Source: Octopus bimaculoides (Eukaryota). From it: DNA of 64,000 nt. A model generated the notes under the pieces. The model had not been told where the DNA came from, did no database searches, and worked only from the letters and a program-made list of their open reading frames with translations. The stretch lies in NCBI RefSeq assembly GCF_001194135.2, contig NC_068981.1, positions 188,467,451 through 188,531,450 on the forward strand, written 5' to 3'. Both the position numbers and the translations under genes were made by a program. Shown piece after piece: positions 26,233-37,008 of this stretch (position 1 is its first letter; each line of letters opens with the position of its first letter).

Positions 26233-26360
26233 ATCACTTCAAAACAATGTGAATGAATAAACATTACATTTGCCTGAGTAATCTGAATGCCAACGCGTAA
26301 AAGGGTATTTGGCTGTTATTTCTAATTAATCAAGTAACCATAGACTCCCTCATTAGCTTA

Positions 26361-26661
26361 TTAACCCATTACCTACCAGTGATCTCATATGAGATCACTT
26401 AAAAATTACAAATTTCGTACTTATCTGTCAATATTTACAAATATCTAACCTTTTTGCTATATCTACTAGGTATATTTCTCTGATATTCAAATGAGGTTTG
26501 CTAAATTTTTCACCCAATATCTCGCTTATTTCTATTTAAAATGTTATTTTGAAATGTTATTTTGATCATTCCAGCGTGTTTCTAAGGCTGTTTTATGCTA
26601 GAAATCAAAGTTTCATAAAAAAAAATTCCAGTTAATAGAATTATGAGAGGTAATGGGTTAA
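26361..26661. mobile_element. TTAA-flanked (piggyBac-like) MITE family 2
   Basis: Perfect 14-bp inverted ends TTAACCCATTACCT / AGGTAATGGGTTAA, i.e. a TTAA TSD plus a TIR starting CCC. Confidence 0.8.
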
Positions 26662-27216
26662 AGTACTAATTGGTGGTAATGGTTAGTCTCCTCTTTTCTT
26701 TTATTTGTCCTCTTTCTTCACTCAGAAGATAAATGGTTTCTTTCTATACTTTTGGTATCTGTTTGACACTGAACTTTGACAACTCCTTTCTATAATCAAC
26801 CTATTTACCTATCTGCTCCGTTATACTTCTGCTTCATACAAATTCTGAGTTACATATCCATTTGAATGTTGCCATAGCTTTCTGTGTCTTTTGTATGCTT
26901 GCAAACGAAATATAATTAAAAAAAAAAAAAAAAAAACCTAATTTACTATATCAGGAAATTAACTTGTGCTTTCAACTAGCTATCTTCCAGTTCAAGATAA
27001 TAGCAATTAATTATAAAATCTGCCATACACTTTGGTTAAATATTAATTTGTTTTTATTTTTCAAATTTCTCATTGTCATTTATTTTTCTGATCAATATTT
27101 GAAATTTTGTTGTGTGTTTCTTTCCAAACAAACAAACCCAAGATATTTTAGAAGTAACATTGTTGCTATCAAAGGACATAGAAAATGAAAATTCATCTAT
27201 TTACCTCTTTTTATAG

Positions 27217-27384
27217 TTAATCTCATGCCTATTCAAGACATTTCAAATGGATGAAGGAACCGGATATCTGAAACGGACATTGAATCAATTTTCATTGCTC
27301 TCAATTGACAATTTAACCAACTTTACTCTGTTGGGAAATTCAAATGGATGGAATCTCATTTTTCCAATTTTTTATGATATATAA
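27217..27384 (+). CDS. candidate terminal exon (LISCLFKTFQMDEGTGYLKRTLNQFSLLSIDNLTNFTLLGNSNGWNLIFPIFYDI*)
   Basis: Strong acceptor ctatttacctctttttatag, then 55 open codons in phase 0 to TAA. No homolog recognised. Confidence 0.25.
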   Translation, partial: LISCLFKTFQMDEGTGYLKRTLNQFSLLSIDNLTNFTLLGNSNGWNLIFPIFYDI

Positions 27385-29639
27385 AATTTAAGAAAGAAAG
27401 AAATTTAATACAAATGCTAAAACTATTCCATCCTGATGTAGTCTTGTCTAAAGAAATATTTCTTTAGACCCAAATAACTAATTGCATTTCTTTATTTATC
27501 TATTTATTTTCACAACCAAAGTAATTTGCTACTAAATGATTTCATTAAAAATTGTTTCAAAACAGAAATATAAATGTATATACAATAGGATTGATTCAAT
27601 AAGAGGGAGAGAGAGTGTGTGTGTGTGAGAGATAAAATTCTTAGTAGTCACTCGTCTTGTTGAAATGATTGATACACATATTTTCAATGTCTGTTCCATA
27701 TTCTGTAGAATTCTCAGTTCAGCCTGTAAAGCTTAATTTTTGTCAGAGACTTCAATCAATTTCAGACAATATTGCCAAGAATATAATGTTAAGTGAAATA
27801 AGGACCACATAAATGCAGACATGAGGAGCTCGAGTGTCCCAGTAATATTGGTAATTATGCATTATAAAAGACGATTTCTCAATTTAAAGAAATCTCTGCA
27901 CTGTGTTTATATTGAAAAACAGTATTAGAACTTATTATGCACAGTTCACTTCATGCAGAGAACAAATCATCTCTGATTGATTTCTTTGAAAATAATGACT
28001 CAAGTTCTAACAATTAACTGGATTCTAATTTCATCTCTGATTCTTATGAAAACACACACCTGGTTCACCATCAAACTTCCAAAAACTTCTCATAAGTGAT
28101 ATACCTTTCTTAAAAAGTGTCTGGAAATAGTTAGTTCAATGGGTAACCTCATTTGTCTGTATTAAAATACCTTATTATGAAGCAATTATAATCAGGCAAA
28201 TAATGTACATATGTAATGTGTGTGTGTTCAAATGTGTTCACATCTCATTATTTTCCTGTTCTTGTGGAACTCCATTATTCAATTCAGAACTTGGTTTTCC
28301 AACAAGAGAAATGTGATATTGGGTTAGTTTATTGTCAAAATATCTGAGTTGGTTATATTTTATTTTATTTTTTACTAGCTTTAAGCTCAAAAGCTGCAGC
28401 CATGCTTTTTGTCAAATATAATTCATTAATACGTTTTAATCATACACTAGATTTTTCACAGTCTCTACAAATGTCTATCTGTAATGCGAGAGCTAAATAC
28501 ATATAGGACAACCGTCATTGATCAGACTCCACTTCAAAGTGATATATTGTCTGTTGAAAGTCTATATATTTTTCTGTTAAAATTATTGCCTTCTAGCTGT
28601 CAATACTGTATTTGCAGTGAGGTGAAAGCAGTGGATAATAGAAATGATAAAGTACTAGAATAAAATGACTTGAAGTATTTAGTTTCATTCCTCTACATCT
28701 TGATAAATTTAATCCATCTAGAATAAATAAAATCAGTGACATGAATGTCCTTGGCTAATTAAATTGTCTCTACTCCTCCCCAATACATTTGAAGTCTTGA
28801 GCCAAAGTCAGAAATCATTATAATGGTCAGAGTGCCAAAAATAAATTTATAGTGTTTTAGTATATATTTTTTATAAGTTAAATAGTTTCACAAAGATTAT
28901 AAGCCAACAAAATTCTGGTATAATTAACACTCTTAGGACAGATTAATAGTAACAAATTTCTTCAGGGAAAAAAAAAACGAACAAAAGCAATGAAACACAA
29001 AACAAGAATTCTTCTAGAGAAAGAGAATCCCTTCAGTCAAATGTCTTGGCTCTTAATTCCCTCTAAAAGGAGTTGAATAACATTCCATTATGATTCCTAA
29101 AAAAAATCTTCCAGGTTTGAAACCTAGATATTTTGCCTCTTATCTACTCAGCAGATGTTTTAGTTTTTGTCATCCATGAAATCCTTGTGGAAAATAATAC
29201 TTTTTTCCTATTTAAGTTTTCCATACCCAAGTTAATTTCCCTTCATCTTCAGCCAATATTAATCTTCTTTTGCAATTTCTGTTAATGCTCCCAGAACATA
29301 TGTTTTTACTTTGCTGCTGATATGTTGGAATATTAGGTGTTGATGTATCTGGCAATCCTATTGTACTTACTTTGGCTTTATATCCAACTTCTTTAAAATC
29401 TTAGACCCACTTAAATATATATATCAGAAAAGCAGCAAACATACTACTAAACTGATGTAAGATATTATAAATTCTTGAATTCTCTCACAAATCTACAAGA
29501 TGCTTCAAGTTTAATCTTATAATATGTGACTTTGTAACATGTATGATGTTTTCATATCTGTCTTAGTCCTAGTCATATATATATGTGTGTGTGTATATGT
29601 GTGTATGTGTATGCATGTATATAACTAATTTATCCTTGA

Positions 29640-30360
29640 TTAGTGTTGCTGAGTATTGAGAAAGGGGGCAATGCCCATGGACTTGCAGGCTCTCCTAAAT
29701 CAATATGACTGATGCCCTTAATGTTCCTGTTGAACCTTTGCAAGCCAACAGTTGCAAGAAGATATGAGCAGGGAAGAAATTCCAGAAGGGCTGCATTCTG
29801 GGAAGGGAAAACTGGGTGTGGTGATTAGTACAGGGCCTGGAGATTGGTTACAACAAAAGTATTGAAAGGAAGTAAGATTAGTGGGTTTTGAATGGTGAAA
29901 TGGAGACAGAAAAGCCCAACCAGCTCCAAGAAATAAAGACTATTACAATACAGATGAAAAGAAAAAACAGTGTATCTGTTGACCTGATGCTGAGGGTGTT
30001 TATGAGTCATGTTATGTCAATGTCTGTGTGTAGCAGCAGTAGCAGCAGTAATCTAATGTGAGAGCAGTACTCCAGTGTAGGCTTTGCTTGGACTTTGTAG
30101 AGTATCAATGACTCTTGGTAGCTGAAGACTCTTGGTAGCTGAAGACTCTTCTGGCTTTAAAGACAAACGCTAGTCATTAGGATGCTGTCCTAGCAATGTT
30201 AAGGATGTGCTTGTTGTCAGGCAAGATCCTCGGTGATTGTGAGACTCAGCAATGAGGGTGTCTATAAGGGCCCTAGTTGACTCATGAGTAAGGTGGGTGT
30301 GGTATGATGATGCTTTCCTGATAAGTGTAACGTGTTTTCTTGTTGTTAAAAGAGACAAAA
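29640..30360 (-). pseudogene. possible very decayed L2/CR1-like LINE remnant
   Basis: YHTHLTHESTRALIDTLIAES weakly resembles the LINE motif IRxYLTxExAKTLVHALIxS; the region is GC-richer than its flanks. Confidence 0.3.
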
Positions 30361-31479
30361 TTGGTATATTGGGGATATGTTTGTGGGGTCAGTTTGAATT
30401 TGACATGTAATGTAAATATAGTTAATTACAAATTTTGAGGTCCACTGTATTGTGTTAGCACACAGAAATTATATCTTTGTCATGCCGAGGATGTCTGAAA
30501 AAATTCACCAATTTATTATTTTTAGTTGTCAAATCAGTTAATAATTGTCCACTTAAAATGTTATATGTGACACACATCTAAGATTTGGTAATATTGTGCT
30601 TCACTGAAGGGGTAAAATAATGCAAAAACATATCTAGAGTTGTCACTCTACTTGCCAAGGGTTAACTACATGAAGTATGTTAGACTACACTTAACTATAT
30701 ATTCTTTGCACAGATGCCATCACTGGGAAATTTCCTCTAGTTAAAATATTTTAGTATTTCACTTATGTTGTTTAATAATTACAGTGGGTATAATTGAGAA
30801 TTCAGGCAAGTTTGTACAATTTTTACCTGAAATTGAAGAAGTTTGAATATTGCTTTGAAATTATATTTAACAGATTGTATAATTCCGTGTAACATATTGC
30901 TTCTTGTCTGGCATTTATTATTTTTTTTATATTGACCCTAACATAATCAAATATCATCTCTAATTGCTTTGTTTCAAAGTATACTTGCTGTATCTGTGTT
31001 TTGATTGTTACTTATCATTATACATTTCAAAATATCTCATCTGTTTGCTGTACATATGAGTAATATTTTCTTTTATGTATTTGGATCCATGCATCTAATA
31101 TATCATCTCTTTCTCAATTAGCTTGTGTATTCAGTAGATCTCTCAAGCACATCAATGCATCAAAGCAGCCACATTTACTCCATTCCTTGTCAGTTACAGC
31201 AAAACCTTTCCTTTCATCTGCAATGCTTCGTTACATCACCAGTCATAATGCATAAATCATAAAGCATAGTTTTCATTCAAAAAGAATTTGCAATTGATGT
31301 CAGCATTAATTCTGTCGATAGTTTTCACATGTTCCAATGGGTTATTTGTGTTGCATAACCTTATCTCACATAGATTCCTTTACCTTTCTCTATAAATGAT
31401 GATATGCATTTATATAAATAGACAATGGATTATACGATTTTATAGTGAAGCTTATATATATTGATATCCAAAGACACAA

Positions 31480-31845
31480 TATGCTCAGGTGTGACTGAGT
31501 GGTCAAATGCTTGCTTCTCTCCCACATGGGTTCAGGTTCAGTCCCACCGAATGGCACTTTGGGTAAGAGTCTGACAAAAGCCTTATGAGTGGATGTAGCT
31601 GACAGAAACTGAAAGAAGCCCATCATGTGTGTGTGTGTGGGGGGGGAGAGAGATTGTGTATGTGTTTGTGTCCCCCACCCCACCACTTGACAACTGGGGT
31701 TGGTTTGTGTATGTCCCAGTGACTTAGCAGTTCAACAAAAAAATTAAGTATTAAGTTTTAAAAAAGTACTGGGGTCGATTCACTCAACTAAAAGCCCTTC
31801 AAGGTGGTGAAACAATGATTGAAACAAATTAAAGATAAAAGATAC
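31480..31845 (+). mobile_element. SINE family A, diverged copy
   Basis: GGTTCAGGTTCAGTCCCAC...GAAACTGAAAGAAGCCC...GGGGTCGATTCACTCAACTAAA. Confidence 0.7.
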
Positions 31846-31904
31846 ACACCCTCGTAAAGAATATAAACATCTGTATGTTGAAGACACAACCCTGATATAT
31901 TCTT

Positions 31905-32300
31905 TACACTAGGCACAAGGCCTGAAATTTTGGGGAAGGGGGCCAGTTGATTAAATCGACTTCAGTATGCAACTGGTCCTTAATTTATCGACCCCGAAAG
32001 GATGAAAGGCAAAGTCAACTTCGGCAGAATTTGAACTCAGAATGTAAAGGCAAACGAAATACCATTAAGCATTTCACCCTGCATGCTAATGTTTCTGCCC
32101 GCTTGCCACCTTATAACCTTAATACATTTATTTCTTTATTGCCCACTGGGGGCTAAACATAGAAGGGACAAACAAGGACAGATACAGGGATTAAGTTGAT
32201 TACATCGACCCTAGTGTGTAACTGGTATTTATTTAATCGACCCCCAAAAGCATTTCGCCTGGCATACTAACATTTCTGCCAGCTCGCCACCATACAACCT
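31905..32300 (-). mobile_element. tandem SINE family C copies (two tail variants)
   Basis: Copies at 31905-32110 and 32125-32295; both end TGCC(C/A)GCT(T/C)GCCACC.TA(T/C)AACCTTAATA. Confidence 0.75.
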
Positions 32301-33002
32301 TAATATATTGTGAGTTCTTGGGTTAACTATTGGGAAATTGAAGGCAAATTTAGCATTTCATGTCTTGAAGACTGGGATTCAGAACCAAAAGCCATTCGAT
32401 TAAATGTTTTGATCTATCTAATATGATTCTCTTTCTTTCCATTTTTAAATTCATTTTCAAAGTCAGTCATTCATAATGAGTAATCTGCATGGCTATTCTT
32501 TTGGAAATTTTCTTTAACAAATTAGGCTTAAAATAAATAAATAAATAAATAGCTAGAAAATCCTAGGTTTTTCATCTGGGAGTGTGTGGATTCATTATGA
32601 GTAATTTCACTGACTGCAAACTCGTTTTTGCTTACAGCAGCTTCTATTTATCTAGAAGTATATTAATTGATTGAATAGTGATATACCATGGATAGTGTAG
32701 TACATGAACTGCAGATTGGTTGCCCTTAACAACATGAGAAATATTAGTGAGCCATCTTCAGATATACATTTAAATTCATTATGATAATGAATGGAAAGAA
32801 GTAAATATTCTCCTAGCCTAACTATATCATTAAGAGTTTATTGTTTAAAAACAGATAATATTCATATTCCTTGGAAAATCTGTGCCAATATGAAACATTT
32901 AAAGACTGGTATAAAAATATTTATTTTTCTATCATACCTTTTTAAGTAATCAATAAATAACACCTGAAAGTCAGTTGCATCATAACTCATAATATTGTTC
33001 AG

Positions 33003-33225
33003 CCATTTAGCATCCAGATTCCTCTCTCGAATCATAACACTTGTTTATTCATATTCTTTTGAATTAAACATGCATTATCTCATAGCTTCAAAATTTTAAA
33101 TGATGTGATTGTTTATTTTTAGAATGACATTGCAGGATAGGTGTGAAAGGACAAATCTTGATGGTTTGAGCATAAAACAAGGTAGCATATTTGGGCGGGA
33201 TATGACCAGATTAAACGTTAAGGTG
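33003..33225 (-). mobile_element. TTAA MITE family 1
   Basis: Reverse complement of the 61064-61305 and 25409-26296 element. Confidence 0.65.
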
Positions 33226-33287
33226 ATAGAAGCTTTATTTACATTATTTACATTTGACAGATATTTGTCCCTATCTTGTTTGTTGTT

Positions 33288-33333
33288 AACACAATGTTTC
33301 GGCTGATATACCCTCCAGCCTTCATCAGGTGTC
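33288..33333 (-). ncRNA. minimal type I hammerhead ribozyme (Penelope-type), one CpG-decay mutation
   Basis: GACAC-CTGATGA-A-GGCTG-gagggtatat-CAGCC-GAAAC-ATT-GTGTT: stem I GACAC/GTGTT, full catalytic core, 5-bp stem II, loopless stem III. Confidence 0.8.
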
Positions 33334-33393
33334 TTGGGGAAATTTCGAACTTGGGTTCTCATTCCTAAGGTATGTTGTTATTATTATTATTCA

Positions 33394-33466
33394 GGTCACT
33401 GCCTGGAATCAAACTCGGAATCTTGGAGTTAGTAGCCTGTGCTCTTAACCACTATGCCATATACCC
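33394..33466 (-). promoter_or_regulatory. tRNA-derived internal Pol III promoter (A and B boxes)
   Basis: A box TGGCATAGTGG; B box GAGTTTGATTCC (GGTTCGANTCC with CpG decay); tRNA-like spacing; loop CT-ACT-AA; followed by (AAT)4. Confidence 0.7.
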
Positions 33467-33495
33467 ATGGGCCATTGTGGAGTGAATTTTAGGGC

Positions 33496-33895
33496 TTATA
33501 AATCTAATATTCTCCTATCCTTCCTTAATACCGGTTCCCATATGCTGTTCATATCTGCACTTGGTCTGCTTAGAAGGTTGTTGTGTCCTAGCATATGTGC
33601 TGCTTCTTTTAGTTTCCGTATTTTCCAGTGGCATTCTCTGTCTATTATTTTAACTTTATCCCGTAGGGAGAGGTGGTCTTCATTTTTCCATACATGATCA
33701 GCTATACTCGATTTATCAATATCTCTCCCTGTCACAGCTTTGCGATGTTCTTCTACCCTTATTTTGAGGGGGCGATATGTTTCGCCTTTGTATAACCTAC
33801 CACAGCTGCATGGGATGGAGTACACGCAGCTCTTAATCATATTCTCTTCTATTGGTGGTTTTACTCAAAGGAGATATTTGCAAAGTGTTGTATCA
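33496..33895 (-). pseudogene. Penelope GIY-YIG endonuclease domain, 5'-truncated
   Basis: CVYSIPCSCGRLYKGETYRPLKIRVEEHRKAV...SSIADHVWKNEDH...KIIDRE..WKIRKLKEA..M matches the PLE signature GVVYxIPCxCGxxYIGETxRxLxxRxxEH...EA. Confidence 0.9.
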
Positions 33896-34059
33896 CTCTT
33901 GCATACAGGCTCATTTCCTACAACCCTCTCCAGCTGGAACCAGTCAGGCAGCAGTGGCATTGACCATGGTGCTTTTTACGTGCCACCGGCATGGGAGCCA
34001 GTCAGGCGACACTGGCATCAGCCACAGTTTCAGAAAACTGGGGCTTCTAATTTGAATAC

Positions 34060-34105
<46 letters not shown>

Positions 34106-34218
34106 NNNNNNNNNNNNNNNNNNNNNNNNNNNNNNNNNNNNNNNNNNNNNNNNNNNNNNNNNNNNNNNNNNNNNNNNNNNNNNNNNNNNNNNNNNNNNNN
34201 NNNNNNNNNNNNNNNNNN

Positions 34219-34258
<40 letters not shown>

Positions 34259-35869
34259 ACTCATTGAATTTCCATTTGGCCTTGCCACATCATTATTACC
34301 CAAACAGCCATGCTCTGTTGTCTCATTCTATTATCACCAAGCCTCTTATTTCATATTATTGTAAATTATAAAAAGGTTTAGATTACAGTTTCATTGTTTT
34401 AAAGGTTCTCATATTATTTAAATGATGGCATTTCAGGTTTTCGTAGAGTATATTCTATTTCCCCTTCTAGCAACTTGGAAACTGAAAGTTTTGAATTCTA
34501 GCATTTTTGGCTGAAACTTGTGCTGTTGATTTGTTAGTGACTCTTCCATTCTTAATAATCACCATGGTAATAAATACTTTGCTGTTTGCATGCATAGGAT
34601 AGCTCCAAAGATGTTGTTTCATTCCATACATCACAATCTGACATCGAATCTGAGATTACCTAATTTTCAAATCACTTCATGTTGGCTGTTCCTTACTCTA
34701 CTGGTTCCTTTTTTTTTTTTTTTTAGCAAATGTACCACTACTAGCTCACAGCATTTTTCTATACATCATCTGTTCATACACCATTTTAGAGACATGAGTG
34801 TCTTTAACTGTTTGCTTATGCTACAAGCACTAAAATCAGACAGTTATCAAATCATTGCTTCAGTCTTGGTTGCTTTCAACAAAACGTTCAAATTGAACCT
34901 AACTAGAAAATATGAACCTTTCATACTTCCTTACAAGTAAAGAAAGGTCATATGGATCCTTGTTGAGAAAAATAAAATTCTTCTTTTCGTATGATCCTTG
35001 GGGATCCACATAAGATTTTGTTGCTAAAATTAAAGTGCAATAAATAAGTTATACTTCTACATTACACAAAATATTTAACAATTTTTTTAATACAATTCTT
35101 TGTCCACAGTGGAAGTGTTAAGTCCACCCCATCCTCCTGCTGGAGAGTATTGGCTTGCAAGAGTCCAGGGCCTGTGCCACATAAAAAGCACTTGTGCCAG
35201 TGCCACATAAAACTGGTCATGTGATGTCACATAAAACCATCCAGCACATTCTGTAAAGTGGTTGTCGTTATGAAGGGTATCCAGCCATAGAAACCATGCC
35301 AAATCAAATTAGAGTCTGGTGCAATTCTTTGGCTTGCCAGCACTGGTCAAACTGTCCAACCAGTGCCAGCATGGGCAATGGACATTAAATGATGATGATG
35401 ATGACGATTTAATTATAAAAATATGTGATTTTTTTTTAAACATTGAATGGCTATGAGGCCCCAACAAAGCAAAATAGGAATCAAAGTGGTTCTATAGGCA
35501 AAAGAATGGTTGGAAAACATTCCTCTACACCTTAGCTTCCACTGAGACAAGTGTGTAAGACAAGATTGCCTGCATCAAGTTCAGTTCATTTGGTGAAATT
35601 CAAATTTATTATCAGCTGTCAATGAGTTCAGCTTATCTGTTTAATTCATTCATTTCTTCAACATGTGTTTTCTATGTTAGCAACAATCAGGAGATATTTA
35701 AGGGAGAATCCTGCAGCTTGATTCTCATTCTGCTGCCAACCCTTCCATGTTTTCAAGTGAAGGATGATTTATTTGAAAGCACAATGACCAGCCATGATGT
35801 CAACAAGGAATGTCAACATCACCACCACCCCTTTGTTCAACTAATGGCAAATGTGGAATATCAACATTT

Positions 35870-35902
<33 letters not shown>

Positions 35903-37008
35903 TATCATCATCATCATTTAAAGTCCATTCTCCATACTGACATGGGCTGGATGGTTAGACTAGAGATGGCAACCCAGAGAGCTATGCCAAGTTCCATTGT
36001 CTGTTTTAGCATGGTTTCTACAACTGGATGCCCTTCATAATGCCAACCACTTCACAGAGTAACTGGGTGGTGTTTTTTTTTTTTATGGCACCAGCATTGG
36101 CAGGGTCTCCACATAACTTGCAAGACAAGACAAAGTCCCTGGTGGGAGTAGTATTAAGTGGAGTGGCTTCGTACCAGTTGATGAGAGGTTAAAAGAATAG
36201 TAGGGGGATAAAGAGAGGTATCTTTCTGTAGAAGAGATACAAGGATGCTCCAGATGGAGAAGAAGGGAGAGAAAGTGAGACTTAGAGAGAAAGCGAGACT
36301 TAGAGAGAAAGACAGAGATGGAGAGAGATGATGAGAGAGATGGTGGTGGATATGTCAGGACATAACATCAAGGTATAATGGGGGAGAATATAGGTGAAGC
36401 GAAGTGGAGGATTGGACTGGGTGGGGAGGGCAAAGGGGAAAATTTCATAAGAACATGAGGGGAGATGGTTAGATGGGATAGGAGTGGCTGTGGTAATTGA
36501 AGGTGAGATATATAAGGGTGGGGAAAGGAGTTATGTTAGGTATCTGTTGGAATTGGGTGAGGTAGCAGATGAAGAGGTATCGGGGTGGATGGAGTACAGC
36601 AGAGAGGAGAAAGCATAGCTGGAGGAAAATAATGAGGAATGAAGGTGATTCTAAGGATTGATTCTCGCAGCGGGGAGAGAGCATGGCTGGAGAAAGATAA
36701 TGAGGATTGGGAGGGGTTCTTGGGAGGGAGAAGAAAGGGTAAGATAATGAAAGTGGGTGATAGTACGTGCCTATTCTGTTCTCAGGTGGTTATGGTAGCC
36801 AAATAATATCAGAGATAAAGAGGTGATGAGTGTAGGGACTGAGATGTGGTGGAAGCTTGACTAGGCAAAAAGAATGGAAGTGAGGCTGAGCTTCACACAT
36901 ACAAGCATTTACCAAGGTGGTCTTAGGATATCACTTCTGTTGTGGTGGGTGGATTTTCTCAAGCACAGCAAGAAATCAGATATCTCAGTCCTTTGACATC
37001 TCCTAAGG

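Larger units (their letters stand above)
25409..26296 (+). mobile_element. TTAA-flanked (piggyBac-like) MITE family 1, interrupted by a hAT MITE and a SINE
   Basis: Pieces TTAATCCTTTAGCA / CATTTCGACCAGCCATATCC...GAGATAATGCATG / ...AATCTGAATGCC match the copies at 33003-33225 (-) and 61064-61305 (+, starting TTAACCCTTTAGCATT). Confidence 0.65.
33232..33895 (-). mobile_element. Penelope-like retroelement 3' fragment (GIY-YIG end plus 3' pLTR region)
   Basis: GIY-YIG ORF followed by a tRNA-like segment, a hammerhead motif and an AATGTAAAT-type tail. Confidence 0.85.

Noticed and set aside
30110-30150. 17-bp tandem GACTCTTGGTAGCTGAA x2.4 (also a 19-bp duplication near 36267-36310)
   Set aside because: Ordinary short slippage duplications.
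33394-33466. Functional tRNA-Ser(ACT) gene
   Set aside because: The acceptor and anticodon stems do not pair and there is no long variable arm. It is kept only as a tRNA-derived promoter.
36340-36960. Purine-rich block as a second Penelope RT remnant (ORF 36469-36684)
   Set aside because: The similarity is faint and low-complexity, and no GIY-YIG or RT motif is readable. It needs a profile search.
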